A DNA stretch of 64,000 nt from Elainellaceae cyanobacterium (GTDB lineage Bacteria; Cyanobacteriota; Cyanobacteriia; CAKZMO01), in NCBI GenBank assembly GCA_049647405.1, contig JBARXP010000099.1, positions 669-64,668 on the forward strand, written 5' to 3'. The notes beneath the pieces were generated by a model that had not been told where the DNA came from, ran no database searches, and saw only the letters and a program-made list of their open reading frames with translations. This document shows, one piece after another, positions 41,168 through 49,134 of this stretch (positions within the stretch are counted from its first letter, which is position 1; every line of letters begins with the position of its first letter). The position numbers were made by a program, and so were the translations under genes.

Positions 41168-42103
41168 ATGAAACGACGCAACATTGTGATATTGACAGGA
41201 TTGGCGATCGCCTATGCCCTGATTAGCTTCTGGGTTGGGCAACAAGCCTATAGCTGGATGCCGCCTCAGGCGTCTGCCGAAGCGGTGCTGGTCGATCAGC
41301 TGTTTAGCTTTTTAGTGACGATTGGAATGTTCATTTTCCTGGGAGTCACGGGCACGCTGCTGTTTTCGACCCTGTTTCAGAGAGCCGAAAAGTATGACAC
41401 TAGCGATGGCCCCCCGATGGAGGGCTATGTTCCTCTAGAGATCGTCTGGACGGCTATTCCCTTTGCGCTCGTAATCTGGATTGGAGTCTATAGCTTCCAG
41501 ATTTATCAGCAAATGGGCATTCTTGGGCCAATGGATCACCTGTCGATGGGAATGGCCACGGCAGAGGCTGCACCCATGTCTTCAGAGTTAGTGGTGGCAG
41601 AGTCAGTGGCGGCATCAAGCTCTCCCATCCAAGTGCAGGCTCGCCAGTGGGCCTGGGAGTTTTACTATCCGGATCAGGAAGTCGCAAGTACTGAGCTACA
41701 TCTCCCTGTGAACCAACGGGCAAAACTCCGACTCTCTTCAGAAGATGTGTTGCATGGATTCTATGTGCCTGCTTTTCGTGTGAAGCAAGATGTGGTGCCG
41801 GGACGAGACATCAATTTTGAATTTACCCCCATTCGCGAAGGGCGCTATCGGCTGCGAGATTCTGAATACAGCGGCACCTACTTTGCAGCCAATCAAACCA
41901 ACGTAGTCGTGGAGTCGGCAGAAGACTATCAAGAATGGTTGGCGATCGCCGCTGCTCAGCCACCCCAAGCAGCCGAAAACCCTGCCTTCGATGAATTTCA
42001 GCGGGCGGAGGAACACCCCATCAGCCTTGGGTGGGAATCGATCAAGCCAGAACCTGCCCCCATCGTCAATTACGCCAGTTCAGAAAAGGATCTTCATGAG
42101 TAA
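41168..42103 (+). CDS. ctaC: haem-copper oxidase subunit II lacking CuA ligands (ARTO-type CtaCII, quinol-oxidase-like)
   Basis: Carries the subunit II fold motif DVLHGFYVPAFRVKQDVVPGR. The CuA site H-x34-C-x-E-x-C-G-x2-H-x2-M is replaced by ...D-S-E-Y-S-G-T-Y-F-A-A-N, so both Cys, the second His and the Met are lost. Confidence 0.85.
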   Translation: MKRRNIVILTGLAIAYALISFWVGQQAYSWMPPQASAEAVLVDQLFSFLVTIGMFIFLGVTGTLLFSTLFQRAEKYDTSDGPPMEGYVPLEIVWTAIPFALVIWIGVYSFQIYQQMGILGPMDHLSMGMATAEAAPMSSELVVAESVAASSSPIQVQARQWAWEFYYPDQEVASTELHLPVNQRAKLRLSSEDVLHGFYVPAFRVKQDVVPGRDINFEFTPIREGRYRLRDSEYSGTYFAANQTNVVVESAEDYQEWLAIAAAQPPQAAENPAFDEFQRAEEHPISLGWESIKPEPAPIVNYASSEKDLHE

Positions 42104-43769
42104 CGCATCCATTGAAGCTGTCGCTAGTGGGAGTAATCAGCCCCAACCGGGTGCCCCAGACAACTGGCAGCGATTCTTTACCTTTAGCACTGACCACAAG
42201 GTCATCGGTATTCAATACATTGTCACCGCCTTTGTGTTCTTCTTGTTTGGCGGGCTGCTAGCCATGATCATGCGGGGTGAACTCATCACCCCTGAAGCGG
42301 ATTTGGTCGATCGCACCGTCTACAACGGCTTGTTCACCATGCACGGCACCATCATGCTGTTCATGTGGACGTTTCCCGTGTTGAATGGCTTGGCAAACTA
42401 CCTCGTGCCGCTAATGATTGGTGCGCGAGACATGGCCTTTCCCCGGCTCAATGCGGCAGCGTTTTGGCTGGTGCCGATCTTCGGGGTTATTCTGACCGCC
42501 AGTTTCTTTGTGCCGGGTGGCCCTTCTCAATCCGGCTGGTGGGCTTATCCGCCCGTTAGCTTGCAAAACCCAACCGGAAATCTGATTAACGGACAGGCGC
42601 TGTGGCTCTTGGCCGTGGCGCTCTCTGGCGTATCGTCCATCATGGGCGCAGTCAATATCGTCACCACCATCTTTCGAATGCGGGCTCCTGGCATGGGCTG
42701 GTTTAGAATGCCTGCCTTCTGCTGGACGGTGCTTGCCGCCCAGATGATTCAGCTATTTGGTCTGCCTGCTCTGACGGCTGGAGCGGTCATGCTGCTGCTT
42801 GATCTCACCGCAGGCACGGCTTTCTTTGACCCGGCTCGCGGCGGTGATCCGGTACTCTACCAGCATTTCTTCTGGTTCTATTCTCATCCGGCAGTGTACG
42901 TCATCATCCTGCCGATCTTCGGCGTGTTCTCCGAGATTTTTCCGGTCTACGCTCGCAAGCCGCTCTTTGGCTACAAAGTCGTGGTGGTGTCGTCGGTGAT
43001 CATCACCGTGCTCAGCGGCGTGGTTTGGGTGCATCACATGTTTGCCAGCGGCACGCCAGACTGGATGCGGATGCTGTTCATGTTTTCGACCATGCTGATC
43101 TCGGTTCCCACAGGGATCAAGGTGTTCGCCTGGGTGGCAACCGTGTGGGGCGGCAAGCTGCGGCTCGATACTCCCATGCTGTTTGCCCTGGGCGGCTTGA
43201 CGATGTTTTTGTTTGCTGGCATTACAGGCATTATGCTGGCGGCGGTTCCGTTTGATATTCACGTCAACAATACCTACTTCGTTGTCGGCCATTTCCACTA
43301 CGTCATCTACGGAGCAACGGTGATGGGGGTCTATGCCGCCATCTATCACTGGTTTCCTAAGATGACGGGGCGAATGTATTACGAGGGCTTGGGCAAGCTG
43401 CACTTTGCCCTCACCTTTATCGGTGCAAATCTCAACTTCTTCCCCATGCATCCATTGGGCTTGATGGGAATGCCCCGGCGTGTGGCCTCTTATGATCCCG
43501 AGTTCGCCTTTTGGAATGTGTTGGCGAGTCTTGGCGGGTTTCTGCTGGGCGTCTCGACGTTGCCGTTCATTCTCAACATGATGAGTTCGTGGATTTTGGG
43601 TAAGCCTGCACCCGATAACCCCTGGCGGGCGATCGGTTTGGAGTGGCTTGTCTCTTCGCCGCCACCCCACGAAAATTTCGACGAAATTCCTGTTGTGGTG
43701 TCTGCGCCCTATGGATATGGCAGTGATGAACCTCTCGTTGCAAGTCAGGTAAAGGAGTTGACTCCATGA
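42096..43769 (+). CDS. ctaD: haem-copper oxidase subunit I
   Basis: 12-TM CoxI with the conserved His ligands (e.g. WFYSHPAVY, GHFHYV). The start is set at the MSNASIEA ATG, which overlaps the ctaC stop. Confidence 0.95.
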   Translation: MSNASIEAVASGSNQPQPGAPDNWQRFFTFSTDHKVIGIQYIVTAFVFFLFGGLLAMIMRGELITPEADLVDRTVYNGLFTMHGTIMLFMWTFPVLNGLANYLVPLMIGARDMAFPRLNAAAFWLVPIFGVILTASFFVPGGPSQSGWWAYPPVSLQNPTGNLINGQALWLLAVALSGVSSIMGAVNIVTTIFRMRAPGMGWFRMPAFCWTVLAAQMIQLFGLPALTAGAVMLLLDLTAGTAFFDPARGGDPVLYQHFFWFYSHPAVYVIILPIFGVFSEIFPVYARKPLFGYKVVVVSSVIITVLSGVVWVHHMFASGTPDWMRMLFMFSTMLISVPTGIKVFAWVATVWGGKLRLDTPMLFALGGLTMFLFAGITGIMLAAVPFDIHVNNTYFVVGHFHYVIYGATVMGVYAAIYHWFPKMTGRMYYEGLGKLHFALTFIGANLNFFPMHPLGLMGMPRRVASYDPEFAFWNVLASLGGFLLGVSTLPFILNMMSSWILGKPAPDNPWRAIGLEWLVSSPPPHENFDEIPVVVSAPYGYGSDEPLVASQVKELTP

Positions 43770-44371
43770 GCACAGCTAATCTCGACCCGACCGTCAATGC
43801 CCACGTGGCTCACGCGGTAGAGCATGAAGAAGAAGACCACCGCATGTTTGGCTTCATTGTCTTCTTGCTGTCGGAAAGCGTGATTTTTCTTAGCTTTTTC
43901 GTTGGCTACATCGTTCTCAAGACAGAGGCGACCCAGTGGCTGCCGACTGGCTTTGAAGGCTTAGAAGTTCGAGAGCCGTTTATCAATACCATCGTGCTGG
44001 TGTCGAGCAGTTTCGTCATCTATTTTGCAGAGCGCTTTTTGCACAAGGAAAACCTCTGGGGCTTCAGAGCGTTTTGGCTGCTAACGATGGCCATGGGGGG
44101 CTTCTTTCTATACGGTCAGGCGGTGGAATGGATGGCCTTGCCTTTTGGCTTTACGGATGGCGTCTTTGGCGGCACTTTCTATTTGCTGACGGGCTTTCAT
44201 GGGCTGCACGTAATGACCGGAGTGCTGATGCAAGGCATTATGCTGGGGCGATCGTTTCTGCCTGGTAACTATGAAGGGGGCGAGTTTGGTGTCGCGTCAA
44301 CCTCCCTTTTCTGGCACTTTGTCGATGTGATTTGGATTGTCTTGTTCTTGCTGATTTATATCTGGCGCTGA
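43766..44371 (+). CDS. ctaE: haem-copper oxidase subunit III
   Basis: 201 aa, CoxIII-like (FFVGYIV..., GFHGLHV). It overlaps the ctaD stop by 4 bp. Confidence 0.9.
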   Translation: MSTANLDPTVNAHVAHAVEHEEEDHRMFGFIVFLLSESVIFLSFFVGYIVLKTEATQWLPTGFEGLEVREPFINTIVLVSSSFVIYFAERFLHKENLWGFRAFWLLTMAMGGFFLYGQAVEWMALPFGFTDGVFGGTFYLLTGFHGLHVMTGVLMQGIMLGRSFLPGNYEGGEFGVASTSLFWHFVDVIWIVLFLLIYIWR

Positions 44372-45024
44372 TGAGTACTCCTATTCTTGATGAATATGCT
44401 CTGGCATTGGATGGTCTCTCAGCAGCCTTAGAAAGCTCTTTCACTAAGATGAAAGAGTCTTCTTTATCACGTGAAAATCTCGATTACTCAAACATTTTAC
44501 TAGCTCGATTACGTGCGTTCTATTGTGCCCAGGACAACATCAAAAAGTTTCTTGGTAAGCGTGTTGCTCAAGCAGGTGCGGATTTTTTTGTGGAGGGTGT
44601 TCTGTTCTCACTAAAACTCTTCAATGAAATAGAGAACTTAAATTTTCAAATTATTTCAGAGCGAGCAATTCAACACAAACGTAAAGCAATAAGGCCTGAT
44701 ATTAGTATTTGGAGAGGAGATAGATTGCTTGCTGTCGTCGAATGTAAGACTCAGCTTGGCTGGATGCGTAGCAATTGGAAATCTCATTTTGCAAAGCGAG
44801 AGAGGGATCTGAAAGAAGCATGTCCAGAAGCAAAGTTATTTGTATTAGTGATGACCAGTTGTAACTGGTCAGGGTTTGATGATCAACTCGATAGTTCTGA
44901 AGTAAACCAACAATTTTTCTGCCTACTGAAGGATATCTGGCCAACGCAAATACCTGAGGTATTTAATCTCTCACTTCTTGAATCTCCAATCGAAAATCTA
45001 TTGCAACAAGTTGAGAAACTGTGA
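44371..45024 (+). CDS. hypothetical protein with putative PD-(D/E)xK nuclease-like motif
   Basis: AT-rich gene whose ATG overlaps the ctaE TGA. Contains RPDISIW...LAVVECKT, a D...ExK arrangement. Confidence 0.4.
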   Translation: MSTPILDEYALALDGLSAALESSFTKMKESSLSRENLDYSNILLARLRAFYCAQDNIKKFLGKRVAQAGADFFVEGVLFSLKLFNEIENLNFQIISERAIQHKRKAIRPDISIWRGDRLLAVVECKTQLGWMRSNWKSHFAKRERDLKEACPEAKLFVLVMTSCNWSGFDDQLDSSEVNQQFFCLLKDIWPTQIPEVFNLSLLESPIENLLQQVEKL

Positions 45025-45040
45025 TTTGTGAAGAAACGAC

Positions 45041-46555
45041 ATGATTATTGACGATCAACATTACGACATTATTATCGTGGGTAGCGGAGCCGGAGGCGGA
45101 ACTCTGGCTCAGAAACTCGCTCCTACAGGTAAGCAAATTTTGATTCTAGAAAGAGGCGAAGCCATGTCTCTAGAAGATCAAAATCGTGCGGATGTCGATG
45201 TCTTCAAGAAAGAGCGCTACCACGCCCCCGAACAGTGGTATGACGAAACTGGAGAACCCTTTTCTCCTCAAACAAACTACGCCGTTGGAGGCAACACCAA
45301 AATCTACGGCGCGACCCTAATGCGGCTGCGAGAGCGCGACTTTGATGCCGTGCCCCATCAAGACGGCATGTCGCCAGAATGGCCGTTTACGTATGCCGAC
45401 CTCGAACCCTACTACACCGAAGCAGAGCAGCTCTACCAGGTTCACGGCAATGCCACTGCCGACCCCACCGAACCGCCCCACAGTGCAGACTATCCTTTTC
45501 CTGCCGTTGAGCATGAGCCGCTGGTTAAGCCGATTGTCGAAACCCTGACCCAACAGGGGCTACATCCCACGACGCTGCCCCTGAGCCTGACTCGCCAAGA
45601 CGATGACCCCACCGGAGACTCAGAAGTTTTTGGCATTCAGCCTGCCCTCAAGCATGAAAACGTCACGCTGAAGACCGGAGCCAAGGTGGTGAGTCTGCAC
45701 ACCAACACCTCAGGCACAGTAATTAAAGGAGTACAGGCTGAAGTGGGAGATCAGATATTTCTCTACACCAGCGATATGGTGGTGCTGGCCTGCGGCGCGA
45801 TCAACTCAGCGGCGCTGATGCTCGCTTCTGCCAATGCAAAGCATCCGACTGGGCTAGCCAATAGCTCTGACCAGGTGGGGCGCAACTTGATGAAGCACCA
45901 GGTCACTAGCATTGTTCAGCTCAGCACCTCGGCAAACTCAGGTCAGTTTTCTCGCAGCATCAGCCTCAACGATTTCTACTGGGGCGATCGCGACTACGAA
46001 TACCCCATGGGTCACATTCACAACGCCGGGGGGCTATTGCAGGACGTGCTGTTTGCCGAGTCGCCGCCGCTACTATCCGTCTTAGCCAAAGTTATGCCAG
46101 GAGCAGGGCTGAAGCAGTTGGCGAAGCGATCGATTGGCTGGTGGGCTCAGACCGAAGTGCTGCCCGATCCCAAAAACCGAGTACGGGTGGAGAAGGGCAA
46201 GCTGCGACTAGAATATACGCCCAACAACACCGAGGCTCACGATCGCCTGGTTTACCGCTGGATTGAAGCGCTGAAAACCATGGAAAAAAGCACAAAAGGG
46301 ATGCAGCGCAGCGGCATTCACCCCCGTGGCGAGGCTCCAATTCAGGTCGTGGCTTACCAGTGTGGAACCTGTCGCATGGGCACCGATCCCGCAACCTCGG
46401 TTTTAGATGTCAACTGCCGCACCCACGATATCGATAATCTCTATGTGGTCGATAGCAGCTTCTTTCCATCATGCGGCGGAGTCGGGCCAGCGTTGACCGT
46501 CATCGCCAATGCTCTGCGAGTCGGAGATCATTTGAAAGAACGATTAAAAGGATAG
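45041..46555 (+). CDS. GMC-family FAD-dependent oxidoreductase
   Basis: N-terminal DIIIVGSGAGGGTLAQKLA Rossmann FAD motif. 504 aa with a C-terminal GMC region. Confidence 0.85.
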   Translation: MIIDDQHYDIIIVGSGAGGGTLAQKLAPTGKQILILERGEAMSLEDQNRADVDVFKKERYHAPEQWYDETGEPFSPQTNYAVGGNTKIYGATLMRLRERDFDAVPHQDGMSPEWPFTYADLEPYYTEAEQLYQVHGNATADPTEPPHSADYPFPAVEHEPLVKPIVETLTQQGLHPTTLPLSLTRQDDDPTGDSEVFGIQPALKHENVTLKTGAKVVSLHTNTSGTVIKGVQAEVGDQIFLYTSDMVVLACGAINSAALMLASANAKHPTGLANSSDQVGRNLMKHQVTSIVQLSTSANSGQFSRSISLNDFYWGDRDYEYPMGHIHNAGGLLQDVLFAESPPLLSVLAKVMPGAGLKQLAKRSIGWWAQTEVLPDPKNRVRVEKGKLRLEYTPNNTEAHDRLVYRWIEALKTMEKSTKGMQRSGIHPRGEAPIQVVAYQCGTCRMGTDPATSVLDVNCRTHDIDNLYVVDSSFFPSCGGVGPALTVIANALRVGDHLKERLKG

Positions 46556-46591
46556 TGAGCCCTAAACTAAGCGGATGATTGGGTAGAAAAA

Positions 46592-46834
46592 TCAGCGACT
46601 TAGAAACTGAGCAGGAGTGACAATCTTGATGTCACGAAAGGGATTGAGCATAGAAACATATTTGTCGAATTTCGTACGAGTGATGACTTGCTGTAACTCA
46701 TCAAAAGTAGTGTCGCTGAATAGAAGACTGCATGAAGATCTTGCAACTTGAAATGCTCTATCCGGGATTGATTGAGCCAACAAAACAGCACTGATCAAGG
46801 TATTCGTATCAAAAACAACGCGCACCTCATTCAT
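46592..46834 (-). CDS. PIN-domain toxin, probably internally deleted/degenerate (80 aa)
   Basis: VVFDTNTLISAVL is a PIN N-terminus, and the C-terminal ...IKIVTPAQFL resembles the end of PIN toxins, but the middle catalytic segment is absent. Overlaps the upstream antitoxin ORF by 8 bp. Confidence 0.4.
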   Translation of the reverse strand: MNEVRVVFDTNTLISAVLLAQSIPDRAFQVARSSCSLLFSDTTFDELQQVITRTKFDKYVSMLNPFRDIKIVTPAQFLSR

Positions 46835-47045
46835 CTTGAAGAAGATGCTCTAAGATGTCTGAAGTCAACCCGCGAGCGCTGGCTTGAGTTTGCAAATCAT
46901 CGATAATCTCATCCAAAGAACGACCTCGTATCGTCTGTTTGAGCCAGGTATTCACCAACCCTTGAATTCTCTGACGTTCAGCAGAATCTGCCTCTCGAAA
47001 AGCCTTGGCAACATCTGAGTCAACTTCAATAGAAATAATTTCCAT
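46827..47045 (-). CDS. putative antitoxin of the adjacent PIN gene
   Basis: 72-aa acidic helical protein immediately upstream of, and overlapping, the PIN ORF. Confidence 0.35.
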   Translation of the reverse strand: MEIISIEVDSDVAKAFREADSAERQRIQGLVNTWLKQTIRGRSLDEIIDDLQTQASARGLTSDILEHLLQDE

Positions 47046-47094
47046 CAGTTCAAATCCTAGAAGGCCGTCTTCACTTTACTTATAGCTTTTATTC

Positions 47095-47955
47095 TCACGC
47101 GTTTCGACGACGATATTGACTGACCACAGTCGCGACCAAGATGCAGGCTGCCCCGATCGCCCCGCGAAATCCGAGCCCTTCGCCCAAAATCAGAAACGAA
47201 AACAGAGTGGCAAAAACAGGTTCCAACGTATAAAGCAGAGCCGCTTCATTGGCAGGAACTGAGCGCTGACCAATGGCTTGCCCACAAAGGGGGCCAATCG
47301 TCACAACGATTCCCAAATAGATGAGCTGAGGCAGGCGATCGCCAATTCCTGCCATCTGGTTCACCACCTCTGGCAATGCCCAAATGCCACCCAGCAGCAC
47401 CATCACCCAAATCTGCACAGCAGCGAGCGACAAAGAGGCATGACGAGGGGCGATCGCCTCTAGCAGCAAAATATAGAGAGCAATGCCCAGAGCCGAAGCG
47501 AGCGTCAGCAGATCGCCAGCCCCGATGCCGCCCCCCTCTAACGACATAACGCCAATGCCAACCACCGCCAGCCCTGTGGCGAGTAAGACGCGATTTGCCA
47601 GGGGTCTGCCGATGAGGGTTCCGAGCAGCGGCACAAACATGACGTTCATGCCGACGAGGAATGCCGAGCGGCTAGCCGAAATGGTTTCTAAGCCGCTCAA
47701 GGCGAACCCCGTTTCTAAAAACAGAATTGCACCTAACAACGCTCCATCTCGCAGCAGTTTTCCGTTGATGCGGCGCAGCCAGGGAAGTAGGGCGATCGCC
47801 GCAATGCTATAGCGCACCACGATCAGCACCGAGGGCGACAAACTGCCGAGAGTTTCTTTCAGCACCGGAAACGAGGTTCCCCAAATCACAGTCGTCAGCA
47901 ATAGGATGATGACACCTTGTCGATGAGAGGTGAGAGAGGCCGCAACCATGAGCAC
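47095..47955 (-). CDS. DMT-superfamily (EamA-like) transporter
   Basis: 286 aa with 10 TM helices and two EamA-like halves. Confidence 0.8.
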   Translation of the reverse strand: MLMVAASLTSHRQGVIILLLTTVIWGTSFPVLKETLGSLSPSVLIVVRYSIAAIALLPWLRRINGKLLRDGALLGAILFLETGFALSGLETISASRSAFLVGMNVMFVPLLGTLIGRPLANRVLLATGLAVVGIGVMSLEGGGIGAGDLLTLASALGIALYILLLEAIAPRHASLSLAAVQIWVMVLLGGIWALPEVVNQMAGIGDRLPQLIYLGIVVTIGPLCGQAIGQRSVPANEAALLYTLEPVFATLFSFLILGEGLGFRGAIGAACILVATVVSQYRRRNA

Positions 47956-48125
47956 ATCCTAATCGCGTCAATACGCTTTACTCTACGAAACTGCCACAGA
48001 CTCAGCAAGCAGTTGGTTGAATCTCTTCCATCAATCAATTCGATAGAAAGTCGTGTTTCGCGCACCGCAGGGTCTGCGACAATTCAGAGATTGCTTCGAG
48101 GTCTGCCGAGGAATTCGCTGAGGAG

Positions 48126-49028
48126 TTGCCGATGGGGTCTGATTACTCCAGCCATCCCAAACTGTCATATCTCTATGCTCTGATCGCGATCGCCGACTCG
48201 GGCAGTTTCAGCGAAGCGGCTCTGCGCTTACAGCTTTCACAGTCAGCCATCAGCTATGCGATCGCCACCCTCGAAGATGAGCTAGGCGTGGTGCTGCTGT
48301 CGCGAGGTCGCCACGGAGCCTTGCTGACTCCTGTTGGAGAGCAGATTGTCGAACGGGCACGCCGCATTACTTATCTACTCGACGACGTGGTGAAACAGGC
48401 CAATCTCGCCAAAGGCTTAGAGGGCGGCTATGTCCGCATTTCATCCTTTCGCAGTGCCGCCTCCCATGTATTGCCCGACGTGATTGCCGAATTTTGTCGG
48501 CGCTATCCGGCGATCGCCATCCGCATTGCAGAATATGATGACTGCCCTGAAGCTGAGGCTGACCTGCGGCGGGGGCGGGTAGATTTGGCCATGACCTACC
48601 TTGAGGCAGACCGCGACTTTGAAACTTGGGATCTGATGCAAGACGACTTCGTGGTGCTGTTTCCGCCTGAATTTGAACTCCAGAACGATACGCTGACCTG
48701 GGAAGATTTGCTCCGCTATCCGCTGGTCATGGCTCCAGAAGGCGATTTTTGTGATGCGATCGTGTACGAACACTGCGCCAACTATGGCATTACGCTATCG
48801 CCAAAATATCATGTGCGCTCCGATGCCACCATCGTCAGCATGGTCGCGAAAGGGCTGGGCGCAACCATTAGCCCTCGATTGGCAACAGTGCCTACGCCCC
48901 CTGGGGTGCAGGTCTACAGCTTACCCGTGCCGCTATTTCGCACGATTCGGGTGGCAATTTTGAAAGAGTCGCTGCTCACCCCAGCCGGATTTGCGTTTTT
49001 AGATTTGCTGAAGGAGATGTGTTCGTAG
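48126..49028 (+). CDS. LysR-family transcriptional regulator
   Basis: N-terminal HTH (LSYLYALIAIADSGSFSEAALRLQLSQSAISYAIATLEDELG) plus a LysR substrate-binding domain. Divergent from the DMT transporter gene. Confidence 0.85.
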   Translation: MPMGSDYSSHPKLSYLYALIAIADSGSFSEAALRLQLSQSAISYAIATLEDELGVVLLSRGRHGALLTPVGEQIVERARRITYLLDDVVKQANLAKGLEGGYVRISSFRSAASHVLPDVIAEFCRRYPAIAIRIAEYDDCPEAEADLRRGRVDLAMTYLEADRDFETWDLMQDDFVVLFPPEFELQNDTLTWEDLLRYPLVMAPEGDFCDAIVYEHCANYGITLSPKYHVRSDATIVSMVAKGLGATISPRLATVPTPPGVQVYSLPVPLFRTIRVAILKESLLTPAGFAFLDLLKEMCS

Positions 49029-49134
49029 CGGGTTGGCGTTGAGTCCGTGTCGCCCCATACCTTAACCTTAGTGAACCTTAGTGTCATGAGAGCTAGGTTA
49101 GATGGATGTCTTTGCTATAAATGCCACCGCAGGG

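Noticed and set aside
41991-42095. N-terminal extension of ctaD upstream of the MSNASIEA start
   Set aside because: The extension would overlap the 3' end of ctaC by about 100 nt and is not conserved in CoxI. The internal ATG that overlaps the ctaC stop is the likely start.
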